64,000 nucleotides of DNA. It comes from a virus. Lineage: Duplodnaviria; Caudoviricetes. Shown here piece after piece: positions 8,782-18,004 of the stretch; the first letter of the stretch is position 1, and every line of letters starts with the position of its first letter. Under the pieces are notes generated by a model. The model was not told the origin of the DNA, ran no database searches, and saw only the letters and a list, made by a program, of their open reading frames with translations. The stretch spans positions 128,001 through 192,000 of the IMG/VR virus record IMGVR_UViG_3300028588_000015; one strand, 5' to 3'. A program made the translations under genes and the position numbers.

Positions 8782-9636
8782 ATGGACCTCGCCATCGAAA
8801 ACTACACCGAAAACCAAAGCGTAGCACTCTTCTTTCCGGCACAAGAAGTGCAACCGTCGACACTCTTGGAATATGAGCGTACCAACTTTTATTGCAGTGC
8901 CAAGGGTGTCGTGCCGGAAGAAAAATATTTTAGTATCATGCGCCCGGCGCGCAATTCAGATTCAGCGTTGGCTGTGGTGGCCGCGATAACGTTTACTAAT
9001 ATGGCAGTCGACGCACTCGTCGAGAGCCATGACACCCTGAACGATGCGCGCTTTCCCGTCGAGGATCGTTCGATGCCACTTTGGGCGATCGAATACGGAT
9101 TAAAACCTTTTGTATCGGACAAAGCATTTCATTTCTTCCATGATAACAAGAATGCTTTCGAGACAGTCACAAAGATCTGCACTGCGCTGAAAGAATCATT
9201 GTGGTTAATGCGTAAAGCATGTGTTACGCCTGAAACGTATCGGATGCTTGAAGAGAAGAAAAAGACTCTTCACTTCACTGTAATATGCGACGCAAAAATT
9301 CAAGCCTATTTGAATTATCTCGGTAAATTTGATACCGACAACTTCCCCTTCACTGTGAAATTTGTTTCAAGTGTGCATACCAAACTAAAGGGGCAGTTGT
9401 ACTTGTCCATCTCACTGCACGATAAAACTGTGCCAGAAAAGGTAGAACAGGCTTTTGGAGCCCTGCTCTACAACCCGTCGAGTAGGCTGGTAAAAAGTAA
9501 AGATAACTTGACATCGGATGTCCTGTTGGTAAAAGCACGTACAGTCGCAGGTTTGCCGATCTTAAGCCGCTTGAGTTTTACACTCAAGAGCATCGGCGAA
9601 GAAATGAGCACTAACCTCGCACCAAGTTTCGAATAA
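8782..9636 (+). CDS. Hypothetical conserved jumbo-phage protein (gp121-like position)
   Basis: 284-aa ORF with ggag SD, directly downstream of MCP. Confidence 0.75.
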   Translation: MDLAIENYTENQSVALFFPAQEVQPSTLLEYERTNFYCSAKGVVPEEKYFSIMRPARNSDSALAVVAAITFTNMAVDALVESHDTLNDARFPVEDRSMPLWAIEYGLKPFVSDKAFHFFHDNKNAFETVTKICTALKESLWLMRKACVTPETYRMLEEKKKTLHFTVICDAKIQAYLNYLGKFDTDNFPFTVKFVSSVHTKLKGQLYLSISLHDKTVPEKVEQAFGALLYNPSSRLVKSKDNLTSDVLLVKARTVAGLPILSRLSFTLKSIGEEMSTNLAPSFE

Positions 9637-9640
9637 GTAA

Positions 9641-9671
9641 AAGACGGGCGTAGCGTCCGTCTTTTATGCCG
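9641..9671 (+). terminator. Hairpin terminator plus TATGCCG
   Basis: aagacgggcg-tag-cgtccgtctt then ttatgccg. Confidence 0.75.
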
Positions 9672-9691
9672 CTAAGTCAAAATTCGTACAA

Positions 9692-9702
9692 TCACATATT
9701 AC
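9692..9702 (+). promoter_or_regulatory. Candidate early promoter, TCACATAT motif
   Basis: tcacatattac upstream of the operon holding the non-virion RNAP subunit; resembles the phiKZ early consensus TATATTAC; motif recurs at 29270 and 58327. Confidence 0.45.
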
Positions 9703-9765
9703 AAACCTGAGCAGGATCAACTCAGATTCTGTTGGCTTCTGTTTGATTAGATGTGAGAGTCGATT

Positions 9766-10932
9766 ATGGATAATCCACAAAACGTTGTACCTTCGCACTT
9801 TGGTTTGCCAGCGCTAACATCACAGGGCGAACTTAATACCCGCACGACGCTCTCGCCCGTACAGTATCGCGTGGAGTTTGTCAATAATCTAGGTGCGCCT
9901 GTCAGTGTTTTGATGCGTAATGGCTTGAAGTTCAATATGGATTCCGAGCCCAGCTTTACCCACCGGACATTCACCATCCGGGTGTTCATTACCATCAACT
10001 CCAGCGCGTACGGGAGCATTGTTGATTCATTGCGCGCTGCTGCTGCGGGCGATGCTCCAGAGTTGGCAGTATTGAGCCAAGCCTTTGGCATTTCCGTGGA
10101 AGGCAATATGTGGCGCGGCGGTACCTTAACCTTGGACTACGACTTGACCTTGGAGCAGTTATACGACCTGGGCGGTACAGTGTACTACCACGAAGTGGAT
10201 TACGTGGTGTCACTCGAAACCAACCACGCTCACTTGCACCATCCACATAGTGAGCAAGGCAGGAAGAATCAAGTGCTGGTCGAATGTCCTTTATTTAACG
10301 ATCGCTTTGAAAGGGAGACAGGCGGTACCCCGATCGGGTTTGGCTATTCCATCACGATGGTCAACAACGACGGCAAGAAACAAGTGCGGTATATCAACAT
10401 CGCCAATCAAGTCTACCGGATCACGCCCACGGTAGACTTGACCAAAAAGGATGGAATTTATATCGTATCGAACCATTCCATGAGTAACAAAGGAGGAAGA
10501 GGTGGTTTCGAATCACGGTGGTACGACTTTGAGAATGCAGAAGAAACCTTAGGGCTTTGGAAAACACCGGAAGAAGCAAGGCACGGCGGCGACAAGTCGA
10601 TCCTAGCGAAAGAGAACCTAGCGCGCGCCCAGGCTGAAGTTGAACGACTCAGGGCAGAACGTTCCGTGTTGGACGAACAGAACGCCATCGAGAAAGCCCA
10701 ACTGGAAGCAACCATGCGTGAACATGAAGTGAGGATGGAAAAGGAGCGTGAAGAAATTGCACGGGAACGTGCTGAACGTGAATATGAAGAGAAGGTACGT
10801 CGTCAGAAGTTAGCCGACCACTATGAAGAAAAGTCATACGTACGTAAGGACACCAGTGAGGGCTTGAAATTTTTACCAAGTCTCCTTATTGGTTTGGGAG
10901 CACTCTTTAGTGTTCTCAAACTCAGTTCCTAG
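9766..10932 (+). CDS. Coiled-coil protein with C-terminal hydrophobic anchor (gp122-like position)
   Basis: E/R-rich coiled coil in the last third; C-terminal FLPSLLIGLGALFSVLKLSS. Confidence 0.8.
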   Translation: MDNPQNVVPSHFGLPALTSQGELNTRTTLSPVQYRVEFVNNLGAPVSVLMRNGLKFNMDSEPSFTHRTFTIRVFITINSSAYGSIVDSLRAAAAGDAPELAVLSQAFGISVEGNMWRGGTLTLDYDLTLEQLYDLGGTVYYHEVDYVVSLETNHAHLHHPHSEQGRKNQVLVECPLFNDRFERETGGTPIGFGYSITMVNNDGKKQVRYINIANQVYRITPTVDLTKKDGIYIVSNHSMSNKGGRGGFESRWYDFENAEETLGLWKTPEEARHGGDKSILAKENLARAQAEVERLRAERSVLDEQNAIEKAQLEATMREHEVRMEKEREEIARERAEREYEEKVRRQKLADHYEEKSYVRKDTSEGLKFLPSLLIGLGALFSVLKLSS

Positions 10933-10952
10933 CGGCGAAGCACGACGGATAG

Positions 10953-12647
10953 GTGAAAAGAACTTTTAGAAAGGGAGAAGCTGTGCTCAACAGTGCATTT
11001 AGCGACGATGAATTCGCACGCTTGGTGGACAAGTCCACAGTCAAGATCAATCCGCTCATCGGTAATGGTTTGGCCACCACGCTCATTCCGCGTGCAGCTG
11101 ACTACATCGAGAAAGCGTTTCAATCGGTGAAGTCTGATTTTCCAGCATGCGTAATCTACGGCGGAGGATCGCGTTGTACGCCACAAGAATCGTTCGACGA
11201 GAAGACCAGGAAACGTCAGAACAAAGCGGGCAAACAAGGAAGCCGGCGCAGTTACGATATTTCGCCGTCTGACCTGTACATGATGAAGTACCGGTTCCAT
11301 TACTGGGACGGGAAAAACAAGATCGAACTAGATCCGCGTTACATTTTGCTACCCGACATCCGTGACGGCGGCATCATGCAACTGAGCGGCTCGATGTGGG
11401 TGGTGTCCGCAGTGTTGATCGACCGCGTGATCTCGGTGGGCCTGTCCAACGTCTTTGTGCAGTTGAACAAGACGCGATTCATCTTCAAGCGACTGCCACA
11501 CCGCCTGATGATCGACGGGGTGGAAGAACCTGTCCAAGTAATCTGGGCCAAGGTTCACCAAGGCAACCGTACCCAAAAGGCATCCCGGGCCGTGACGACC
11601 ATGATGCATTACCTGCTCTGCAAGTATGGTTTTGCTGAAACATTCGCGCTGTTCGGCAACTGTCATCCGGTGATTCTCACTCCGGACACCGACATGTCGT
11701 TCTTCCCGGAAAACGAGTGGGCGGTAGTGCAGAGCAGTTCGGTACGCTTAAAGAAAGCAGGGCGGGCGCACTATGAGCGTTCGCATGTGCGACTGGCGGT
11801 GCGCCGTAGTGAACTGAACCAGAAGGTGATTTCGATGTTAGGTGGGCTGTTCTACGTGGTGGACCATTTCCCACTGCGAGCGCTACCGGAAAACCTGAAC
11901 TCGAAACGGATGTGGACCATTCTTCTGGGTGAACTCATCCCGGGTGAATCGGACCACGCAGGTGTGCTGTTCGAAGAAGCCGAAAAACATTTGCGCTCAC
12001 TCGACAAGTACATTGACATGCTAACCGATGAGCGCTTGCGCAACATCGGCATGCCAGTGAAGAACATCTACGAACTCTTCTCGATCATCATCGGTAAGTT
12101 CAACGAATGGTTGCTGTCGGGGTCAGAGCGGGTGGCCAGTATGTACGACAAGGAGTTCAGTATTTTGCCGTTCGTGCTGTACAACATCGTCTCGGCAATC
12201 AACAATCTTTACTTCCGCCTCAAAGCGGCTGAAGAGAAAGCAGCAAAAGCAGGAAAAGTCTTGACGCCTGAGAACATCAATGGCATCACCTTTGATTTGC
12301 TCAAGACTGGCTTGATCTTTAACATCAACAAAGGTCATGGTGAAGTGTCCACCTTAAGTGCTCCGGGTGACAACAAAGCGTTTAAGACCACGGTGATTCT
12401 GGTTTCGCAAACCAATTCGAATAACCAATCGTCAAGCCGTGATCGTTCTGGCACAAAGGACCCAACCCGGTGGGTACACGCGTCGATCGTGGAAGTGGGG
12501 TCGGCGTGGGCACTGAAGAAAAGTGATCCGTTCGGGAAAGCGTTTGCTAACCCGACAGTGGAAATGGACCACAACTGGGTGGTCAAAAGAAAGTTAGAAC
12601 ACGTGGAGTTGTTAGACAGTGTTCAAAATAAAATCCGTCGTCGTTAA
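10953..12647 (+). CDS. Non-virion RNA polymerase beta subunit, N-terminal part (phiKZ gp123-like)
   Basis: 564 aa; LPDIRDGGIMQLSGSMWVVSAVLIDRVIS; FKTTVILVSQ...HASIVEVGS...DPFGKAFANP; synteny after MCP. Confidence 0.85.
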   Translation: MKRTFRKGEAVLNSAFSDDEFARLVDKSTVKINPLIGNGLATTLIPRAADYIEKAFQSVKSDFPACVIYGGGSRCTPQESFDEKTRKRQNKAGKQGSRRSYDISPSDLYMMKYRFHYWDGKNKIELDPRYILLPDIRDGGIMQLSGSMWVVSAVLIDRVISVGLSNVFVQLNKTRFIFKRLPHRLMIDGVEEPVQVIWAKVHQGNRTQKASRAVTTMMHYLLCKYGFAETFALFGNCHPVILTPDTDMSFFPENEWAVVQSSSVRLKKAGRAHYERSHVRLAVRRSELNQKVISMLGGLFYVVDHFPLRALPENLNSKRMWTILLGELIPGESDHAGVLFEEAEKHLRSLDKYIDMLTDERLRNIGMPVKNIYELFSIIIGKFNEWLLSGSERVASMYDKEFSILPFVLYNIVSAINNLYFRLKAAEEKAAKAGKVLTPENINGITFDLLKTGLIFNINKGHGEVSTLSAPGDNKAFKTTVILVSQTNSNNQSSSRDRSGTKDPTRWVHASIVEVGSAWALKKSDPFGKAFANPTVEMDHNWVVKRKLEHVELLDSVQNKIRRR

Positions 12648-12673
12648 CTAATACCAAGAAAGAGGAAAGAATC

Positions 12674-14578
12674 ATGTTTGCTTCAGCCCAATTAAAGTAC
12701 GATCCAACCAAGCAGTACCATCCATTCATCAACATCAACCCGTCGATGCCGCCGTACGTGACGCGCCTCCAAGGTCTTAACCAAGCGGTCGAACAGTACA
12801 AGGCGTATATCTGCGGCCTGCTGGCAAACAAGGTCCAGAAGTACGCCGGCCAGAATGCCCTGCGCATGACGCTCTTCAACCTGGCCGGCGAAAACAACTT
12901 CAACAACGAGTACTTCGACCGCATGTGTAACATGTCTGTCGATGCGGTCGCGTACCTGATGGAGCGCTCGCGCGACAGCGTGGATGTAGCGCTGGAAAAA
13001 GCCACGGAAACTGTCTGCGAATACTTCGCGGCCGCTAACGCGCGCACTTACGGGGTGCTGGGCAATTACATCGACGATCCGCATGTGCGTGGGGTAGTGC
13101 AAGAAACCATTCGCGAATTCGATACCATCGTGAACGAACTCGCGCAGTTCCGTGCGCAGAAAACGAACGGCGGCACGGGGATGGGTATGGTACAAAATGG
13201 CTTTGCCCAGCCATCGTTCAACAGCCAGTCGCAGTTCTCGGGTAACGGCGGTTCGTCGTTCGCGGCAGGTTTGACTTCGTCCAACCAAGTGTCGAGCAAC
13301 TTTTCCACGACCGTGCCGGCTGCGGCAGCACCGGACAGCAACTCGGGCTTCTCGCAGTGGCCGGGGACGACGGCACCGACGCCTGTCCCACAATCGCAAC
13401 AGCAGCAGTTCGATCCGGTCACCGAAGTGGTGGAGGCGCAGCACCTGCCCGCGCACACGGGCAATTGGGTGCCAAACTTCGCCGAAGAGCCGTACTTCTA
13501 CGCGTACGATCCGCGTGAATGGAACGCACAACTGACCGTGCTGGACTCCGGCGCCACGATCCCCGACTACACCCGCAAATCGGACCAAGAAAAAATGGAC
13601 TACAACCAACACGCTACGCCGCTCGTCCTGGGCAAGATCCCGGCCTTCCTCGACATCACCCAATCGGCGCGCACGATGCAGAAGATCAGCGCCGGCATCC
13701 AGCAACTCAACGGCGAAACCCAGGAAAGCGACGACCAAGACGTGACTACGGTCAAGACCATGGTGGCGCAGGACTGGGCGTTTGCCAACAGCGAAGCCGG
13801 CGCGTGGCTCGAAGCCAGCCTGAAGCGCCTGCAAGTCGAACCGGGCGAAAACGGCCTGCCAAATGTGTACCGGGTGTACGCACGGGTGGTGGATGCCGTG
13901 ATCACTGCCACCGACAAGACCGACGTCATCAAGAGCTTGGTCAAGTGTGAGTCGTTCGTCGGTTTGCGCGACAAGATGGAAGCCCTCGGCGGTGAAATGC
14001 CGGGTGCCCTCTTCAACGTCATCAACCGTCGCCTGACCGATATGGTCAACCGCAAGCTGCGCCTCGTGCTGAGCCTGCGCAAGATCCAGATCGAGAACTT
14101 CTACGACGACATCGGCGAACTGCCCGAGTACCTGGACAACAAGTACGGCAGCGTGGTCAAGGGCGGGTTCCTGCGGGGTCAGAAGCACGACATCGCAGTG
14201 ACCCTGCAAACTCTGACCGAAGGCATGGCAGATGCCGAAGCGGCCGTGGCAATGGCCGGCATGAAGTTCCCGGAAGACAAGAAGCCGGTGATCACGTTCG
14301 TGGCTGCAAACTACAGCCTCACGTATCTCGACTGCTCGTCCTGGGACCTGAGCATGGAATTCGGCGACGACCTCCCGGTCAAGCTGAGCCAAGAATGCAC
14401 GCCGCTGTTCTACCAGCTGGTCAAGGGCGCGTTTGACGACGCCTTGCAGTTCGAAGGCAACGGCGACATGAGCAATGCCGTGGCGCGTGTCATGCTGCGC
14501 ACCAACGACGATCGTGTGTTCGAGTGCACGATGGGCAACCTGGCCGATGAAGCGTTCCTGATCACCCTCATCAAGTGA
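12674..14578 (+). CDS. Large hypothetical protein, probably highly expressed, with Q/S/G/P-rich linker
   Basis: 634 aa; codon bias like MCP; follows the nvRNAP subunit; SD gagg. Confidence 0.85.
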   Translation: MFASAQLKYDPTKQYHPFININPSMPPYVTRLQGLNQAVEQYKAYICGLLANKVQKYAGQNALRMTLFNLAGENNFNNEYFDRMCNMSVDAVAYLMERSRDSVDVALEKATETVCEYFAAANARTYGVLGNYIDDPHVRGVVQETIREFDTIVNELAQFRAQKTNGGTGMGMVQNGFAQPSFNSQSQFSGNGGSSFAAGLTSSNQVSSNFSTTVPAAAAPDSNSGFSQWPGTTAPTPVPQSQQQQFDPVTEVVEAQHLPAHTGNWVPNFAEEPYFYAYDPREWNAQLTVLDSGATIPDYTRKSDQEKMDYNQHATPLVLGKIPAFLDITQSARTMQKISAGIQQLNGETQESDDQDVTTVKTMVAQDWAFANSEAGAWLEASLKRLQVEPGENGLPNVYRVYARVVDAVITATDKTDVIKSLVKCESFVGLRDKMEALGGEMPGALFNVINRRLTDMVNRKLRLVLSLRKIQIENFYDDIGELPEYLDNKYGSVVKGGFLRGQKHDIAVTLQTLTEGMADAEAAVAMAGMKFPEDKKPVITFVAANYSLTYLDCSSWDLSMEFGDDLPVKLSQECTPLFYQLVKGAFDDALQFEGNGDMSNAVARVMLRTNDDRVFECTMGNLADEAFLITLIK

Positions 14579-14579
14579 T

Positions 14580-14622
14580 CGGCATAAAGGAGTGGGGCAA
14601 CCCACTCCTTTTTTCTTTATGC
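14580..14622. terminator. Bidirectional terminator
   Basis: CGGCATA-aaggagtggg-gcaa-cccactcctt-tttt...tatgc. Confidence 0.8.
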
Positions 14623-14637
14623 TTAAGGAGAAAAGAG

Positions 14638-14994
14638 ATGGATAATGAACAAGATGGCGCGCACAGTGAAATAACCATCGGAGGCGGAGGAAATTTCGTT
14701 CGAATTCAAAATGCGCCTTCATTACGTGATGTAATCGAAAAGAACCAAGTGTGGGAAAAAGTGTTTAACGGCATCACGATGATGCCTGAAGCACAGGGTA
14801 TCATGGTCGACAATGCAATGGAACACTTTCAAGCTGTCGTGGCCGATACCATTCGCAAACTCGACATCGCTGGTTACGATAGCGACCGGATAGCGGAGGT
14901 CACGCAGCTCTCGGGTGAGTGCATCAACAACACCATCAATGTTCTGTTTAGAATGGAGCAGGCGATGGCGAAGGAGAAAGACCGTGGCGGATAA
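14638..14994 (+). CDS. HTH-like protein, family B member 1
   Basis: aaggag SD; AGYDSDRIAEVTQLSGECI HTH-like motif. Confidence 0.7.
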   Translation: MDNEQDGAHSEITIGGGGNFVRIQNAPSLRDVIEKNQVWEKVFNGITMMPEAQGIMVDNAMEHFQAVVADTIRKLDIAGYDSDRIAEVTQLSGECINNTINVLFRMEQAMAKEKDRGG

Positions 14995-16129
14995 ACTGAA
15001 AGAAGTTGTCGCAGGGGTCCGTGTGAATTACGGCACCGGCACCGTTCCGTCCCTGTTGGAAATCATGCGGGGGACCAACTGGTGGAAGGAAGTCTACGAC
15101 GCCGCTGCTGGCGACGTAAGAGGCTTGATGACCGAAAGCGTCGTCGACCACTTCCACGCACACTCGGTCGAAGCAGTCCAACGGTTGGATCACGCCGGTT
15201 ACACGCCCGATCAAATCTCGATGGAAACCGGCCTCATGCCAGCCAAGATCGATGTGATCTTCGAAGCCATCGGCAGCGACAAGCGGGTCGAAACACCAAG
15301 TGATACGATGGGTGAGCCGCCGTGGCCTGTGGAAAATCGTAAACTGCCGGCTTGCCATCTGTGGGAAGTCAATCACAGTTACTACGGCGAAGCCCAATAC
15401 AACGAGATGGACTTCGCCACATGGGAAGACTTTCTCGAAAGCATGGGCAATGCGGACAACGATTACAACTACTTGATCCGCTGGGATTGGAATGAACGTG
15501 ACCGTGAACTCGATATGATCACGTACAAGGGTGACGACAACGAGCGCACGGGACATGTCAAACTCATCTACCATGCCCAGCGCAAGGGCTTCACCATGAG
15601 CGCTTACGTCAAAGTGTGCCGCAATGACGAACCCAAGGTCCGCAAGTACTTGGAAGAAAAGTGGGTGTACATGGAAAACATGTGGGCACCCATCAGTAAC
15701 GGCACCTCTGAGCGTGTTCCCGATGAAGAATTATCGCCCCGTACGCCTGCGCAGATGATGGAAAACCTGTACAACGAGATCATGCACGGTGAAGACAGCG
15801 ATGAGTATAAACGAATCGTCAAGGAAGCGATGGGGGATTTCGACCCTAAAGCGGTGAACTGGGTGAAGTATATCTTCAAGGTGAATTATAAAAATCTTGA
15901 ACCAGTTGTATTTCCGCCAGCGGGTCCATTTTGGCACGACCGCATGAATCAGGCCGAAGGCACATATACCGTTACAGCCTATTTGCCGGAAGGTGTGTCC
16001 GTGCACCATTACTGGCCGTCGGCAACCATGGCCGAAGAACCTAGGCTGGTTGACCGCATCGTGTACGAGGTAAATCCCAACTATTGGGAGACAAGGGAAA
16101 GCACAAAGCCACAGTGGTGGCCGTTCTAA
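14984..16129 (+). CDS. Multidomain protein: family B HTH-like N-terminus fused to two further small phage domains
   Basis: GTG 14984 after aaggag; AGYTPDQISMETGL; HLWEVNHSYY...YLIRWDW; PVVFPPAGPFW...YWP. Confidence 0.75.
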   Translation: MADKLKEVVAGVRVNYGTGTVPSLLEIMRGTNWWKEVYDAAAGDVRGLMTESVVDHFHAHSVEAVQRLDHAGYTPDQISMETGLMPAKIDVIFEAIGSDKRVETPSDTMGEPPWPVENRKLPACHLWEVNHSYYGEAQYNEMDFATWEDFLESMGNADNDYNYLIRWDWNERDRELDMITYKGDDNERTGHVKLIYHAQRKGFTMSAYVKVCRNDEPKVRKYLEEKWVYMENMWAPISNGTSERVPDEELSPRTPAQMMENLYNEIMHGEDSDEYKRIVKEAMGDFDPKAVNWVKYIFKVNYKNLEPVVFPPAGPFWHDRMNQAEGTYTVTAYLPEGVSVHHYWPSATMAEEPRLVDRIVYEVNPNYWETRESTKPQWWPF

Positions 16130-16140
16130 TGCCGTAACGG

Positions 16141-16165
16141 GGCAACTTCGGTTGCCTATTTTTTT
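16141..16165 (+). terminator. Intrinsic terminator
   Basis: ggcaac-ttcg-gttgcc-tattttttt. Confidence 0.8.
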
Positions 16166-16185
16166 ACGTAAACAAGGAGAAGAAA

Positions 16186-16599
16186 ATGGCTGAGAAAGAA
16201 GAATTGTACGTAACAAAAGAAAACAAGCTCACGGCAAAATTCCCATTGCGCGAAGGCGTAACGCTGGATGTCGATGTGGGTTTTTGTGCAAAGAAAGGCG
16301 ACAGAGTCGTGGAAGCGTTCGGACACGTCTCGATTTACAACGTCATGTCCGATAACGTCGCGTGGAAAGGTATTTTCGAAAATGTCGCACCCCTTATGCA
16401 AAAATCGATGGTGCAAAATACCGCAGAAATTTTCAAGGCGGATGCATTCAAGGCGGTATCACGCCTGACGTTTGCCGGTCTTTCACCTGAGCAGGTCGCC
16501 GAAGAAACCGGCCTGAATGCCGAAGCCGTCGAACAACACTTGCGTTATCACGAGTTCCGCACCGGCGAAAGTGACGACGATCCATCCTACGACGAATAA
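16186..16599 (+). CDS. HTH-like protein, family B member 3
   Basis: aaggag SD; AGLSPEQVAEETGLNAEAV. Confidence 0.75.
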   Translation: MAEKEELYVTKENKLTAKFPLREGVTLDVDVGFCAKKGDRVVEAFGHVSIYNVMSDNVAWKGIFENVAPLMQKSMVQNTAEIFKADAFKAVSRLTFAGLSPEQVAEETGLNAEAVEQHLRYHEFRTGESDDDPSYDE

Positions 16600-16737
16600 G
16601 AAAGAAGATGCCAACAGTCAATTTCCTGTTGGCAAAAAAGCAAAAAAATACACAACACCGGTATAGCATAGGAAGAAAAATACTTCTCGCCTTTTATGCT
16701 CAACCATTAAAACGAAAATCAACTTAAGGAGTTTATC

Positions 16738-17256
16738 ATGCTGAGCAATATCAATGTTTCGATCACCGGTGGTGACAACGCCGAACGTGAACTGATGTCC
16801 AACGTGATCACCAACGCGCTGGTCGCCGAAGGCTACTCGAACGTGGCCTTGGTCAATACCGTGGGTGAGCCGATGGTGGGCTCGAACGTGCAGTCGCTCG
16901 CCGATGTGCTGCGCAAGAGTCACCCGGAGTTTCTGGAGCGCCAAGTGCGCGTGTGGTCGATTCCAGTGGCCAACGGCGTCGAGATGTCGCTCGACGATGT
17001 ACAGAAGGCCGCCAGCAGCGACACGCGCGCCTTCGCTGAATACGACGCCAGCATGGATGGTGCTACCACAACCGTCACGATCGCTGAGGGAAAGAATGCC
17101 TCGGCGGCCAATGCGGCATATCGCCTCGACAACGAATTCGCCGAAGACCGCGGCTACGAATACGGTTCGTCGGAACACCGCGAGTACCTCGAAAACGAAG
17201 GCGTACTCAACGGCTACGTCGATCACAATGGCGTTTTCGACAAAGCCCGTAAGTAA
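16738..17256 (+). CDS. Hypothetical protein, paralog family C member 1
   Basis: taaggag SD; strong codon bias; shared N-domain I.I.G...I.NAL..EGY...SL.DVLR..HPEFL..QV.V. Confidence 0.8.
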   Translation: MLSNINVSITGGDNAERELMSNVITNALVAEGYSNVALVNTVGEPMVGSNVQSLADVLRKSHPEFLERQVRVWSIPVANGVEMSLDDVQKAASSDTRAFAEYDASMDGATTTVTIAEGKNASAANAAYRLDNEFAEDRGYEYGSSEHREYLENEGVLNGYVDHNGVFDKARK

Positions 17257-17268
17257 TCGGAGGTACTC

Positions 17269-18003
17269 ATGAGCACGAATATCACGATCACGAGCGATGA
17301 CGTTGTCAAATCGCAGGTCATTGGCGACGTCATCGCACAGGCGCTGGAAGACAAAGGCTTCGGCCATGTCACGGCGGCATTCTCGCCACCGTTCCAGCAG
17401 CCATTGAATCTGGAAATGACGGACCTGAAGGAATCCCGTTCGGTGCTGGATGAAATCCGCGACACGTATCCGGACTTCTTGCAAGAACCGGTAACGATCC
17501 GCGCGGTGCCAGTCATGGGCCTCGACCCGAACTATAATACCGTGGATACAAACGGCAGCACAGAGACACAAGTGGCCATCGCGGTTGCCGACCAGTACAG
17601 CAAAAATAAGACGGTGCTGGATACGGTGGTAGTGTTTGAAAGTGTGGCTCAGAACCCACCTAAACGCGAGATGGCCTTCGATAGCCCGGAGGTCGCCGAT
17701 GTCATGCGCCGTGCTGCGGCCATCTGCCTCAAGGAGGGTCACACCGAGTGGGAAGAGACCTTCCCGAAAGCCGCACAGGAACTCGAGAAGGAAGGCAAGA
17801 TCAAAAACGCCCATGGTCCCTTGGACGTGATCGAGGAACACCTTATGCAACGCCGCTTAGCCGGCGTACTGGAAGTCATCAAAGACGAAACCGGCTACGG
17901 CAGTCCGGGGATCAGCGAAGAAACCATGCGCTTGATTCGTGAAGGTGCCGAAACGAAGAAACAGCAACCGCAACTCCGCCTCGTCGATAACACGGAGGAC
18001 TGA
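17269..18003 (+). CDS. Hypothetical protein, paralog family C member 2
   Basis: ggagg SD; IAQALEDKGF...SVLDEIRDTYPDFLQEPVTI. Confidence 0.8.
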   Translation: MSTNITITSDDVVKSQVIGDVIAQALEDKGFGHVTAAFSPPFQQPLNLEMTDLKESRSVLDEIRDTYPDFLQEPVTIRAVPVMGLDPNYNTVDTNGSTETQVAIAVADQYSKNKTVLDTVVVFESVAQNPPKREMAFDSPEVADVMRRAAAICLKEGHTEWEETFPKAAQELEKEGKIKNAHGPLDVIEEHLMQRRLAGVLEVIKDETGYGSPGISEETMRLIREGAETKKQQPQLRLVDNTED

Positions 18004-18004
18004 C

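Noticed and set aside
12674-14578. Chimallin (ChmA) call, based on the ~630-aa size and high expression
   Set aside because: Sequence does not resemble the ChmA features I recall, and the position next to gp123 is not the usual chmA locus; needs an HMM check
12692-14722. 676-aa antisense ORF
   Set aside because: Same shadow effect opposite the codon-biased 12674 gene
16610-16640. Hairpin gccaacag/ctgttggc as a terminator
   Set aside because: Followed by an A run on the plus strand, and no minus-strand gene ends here; role unclear
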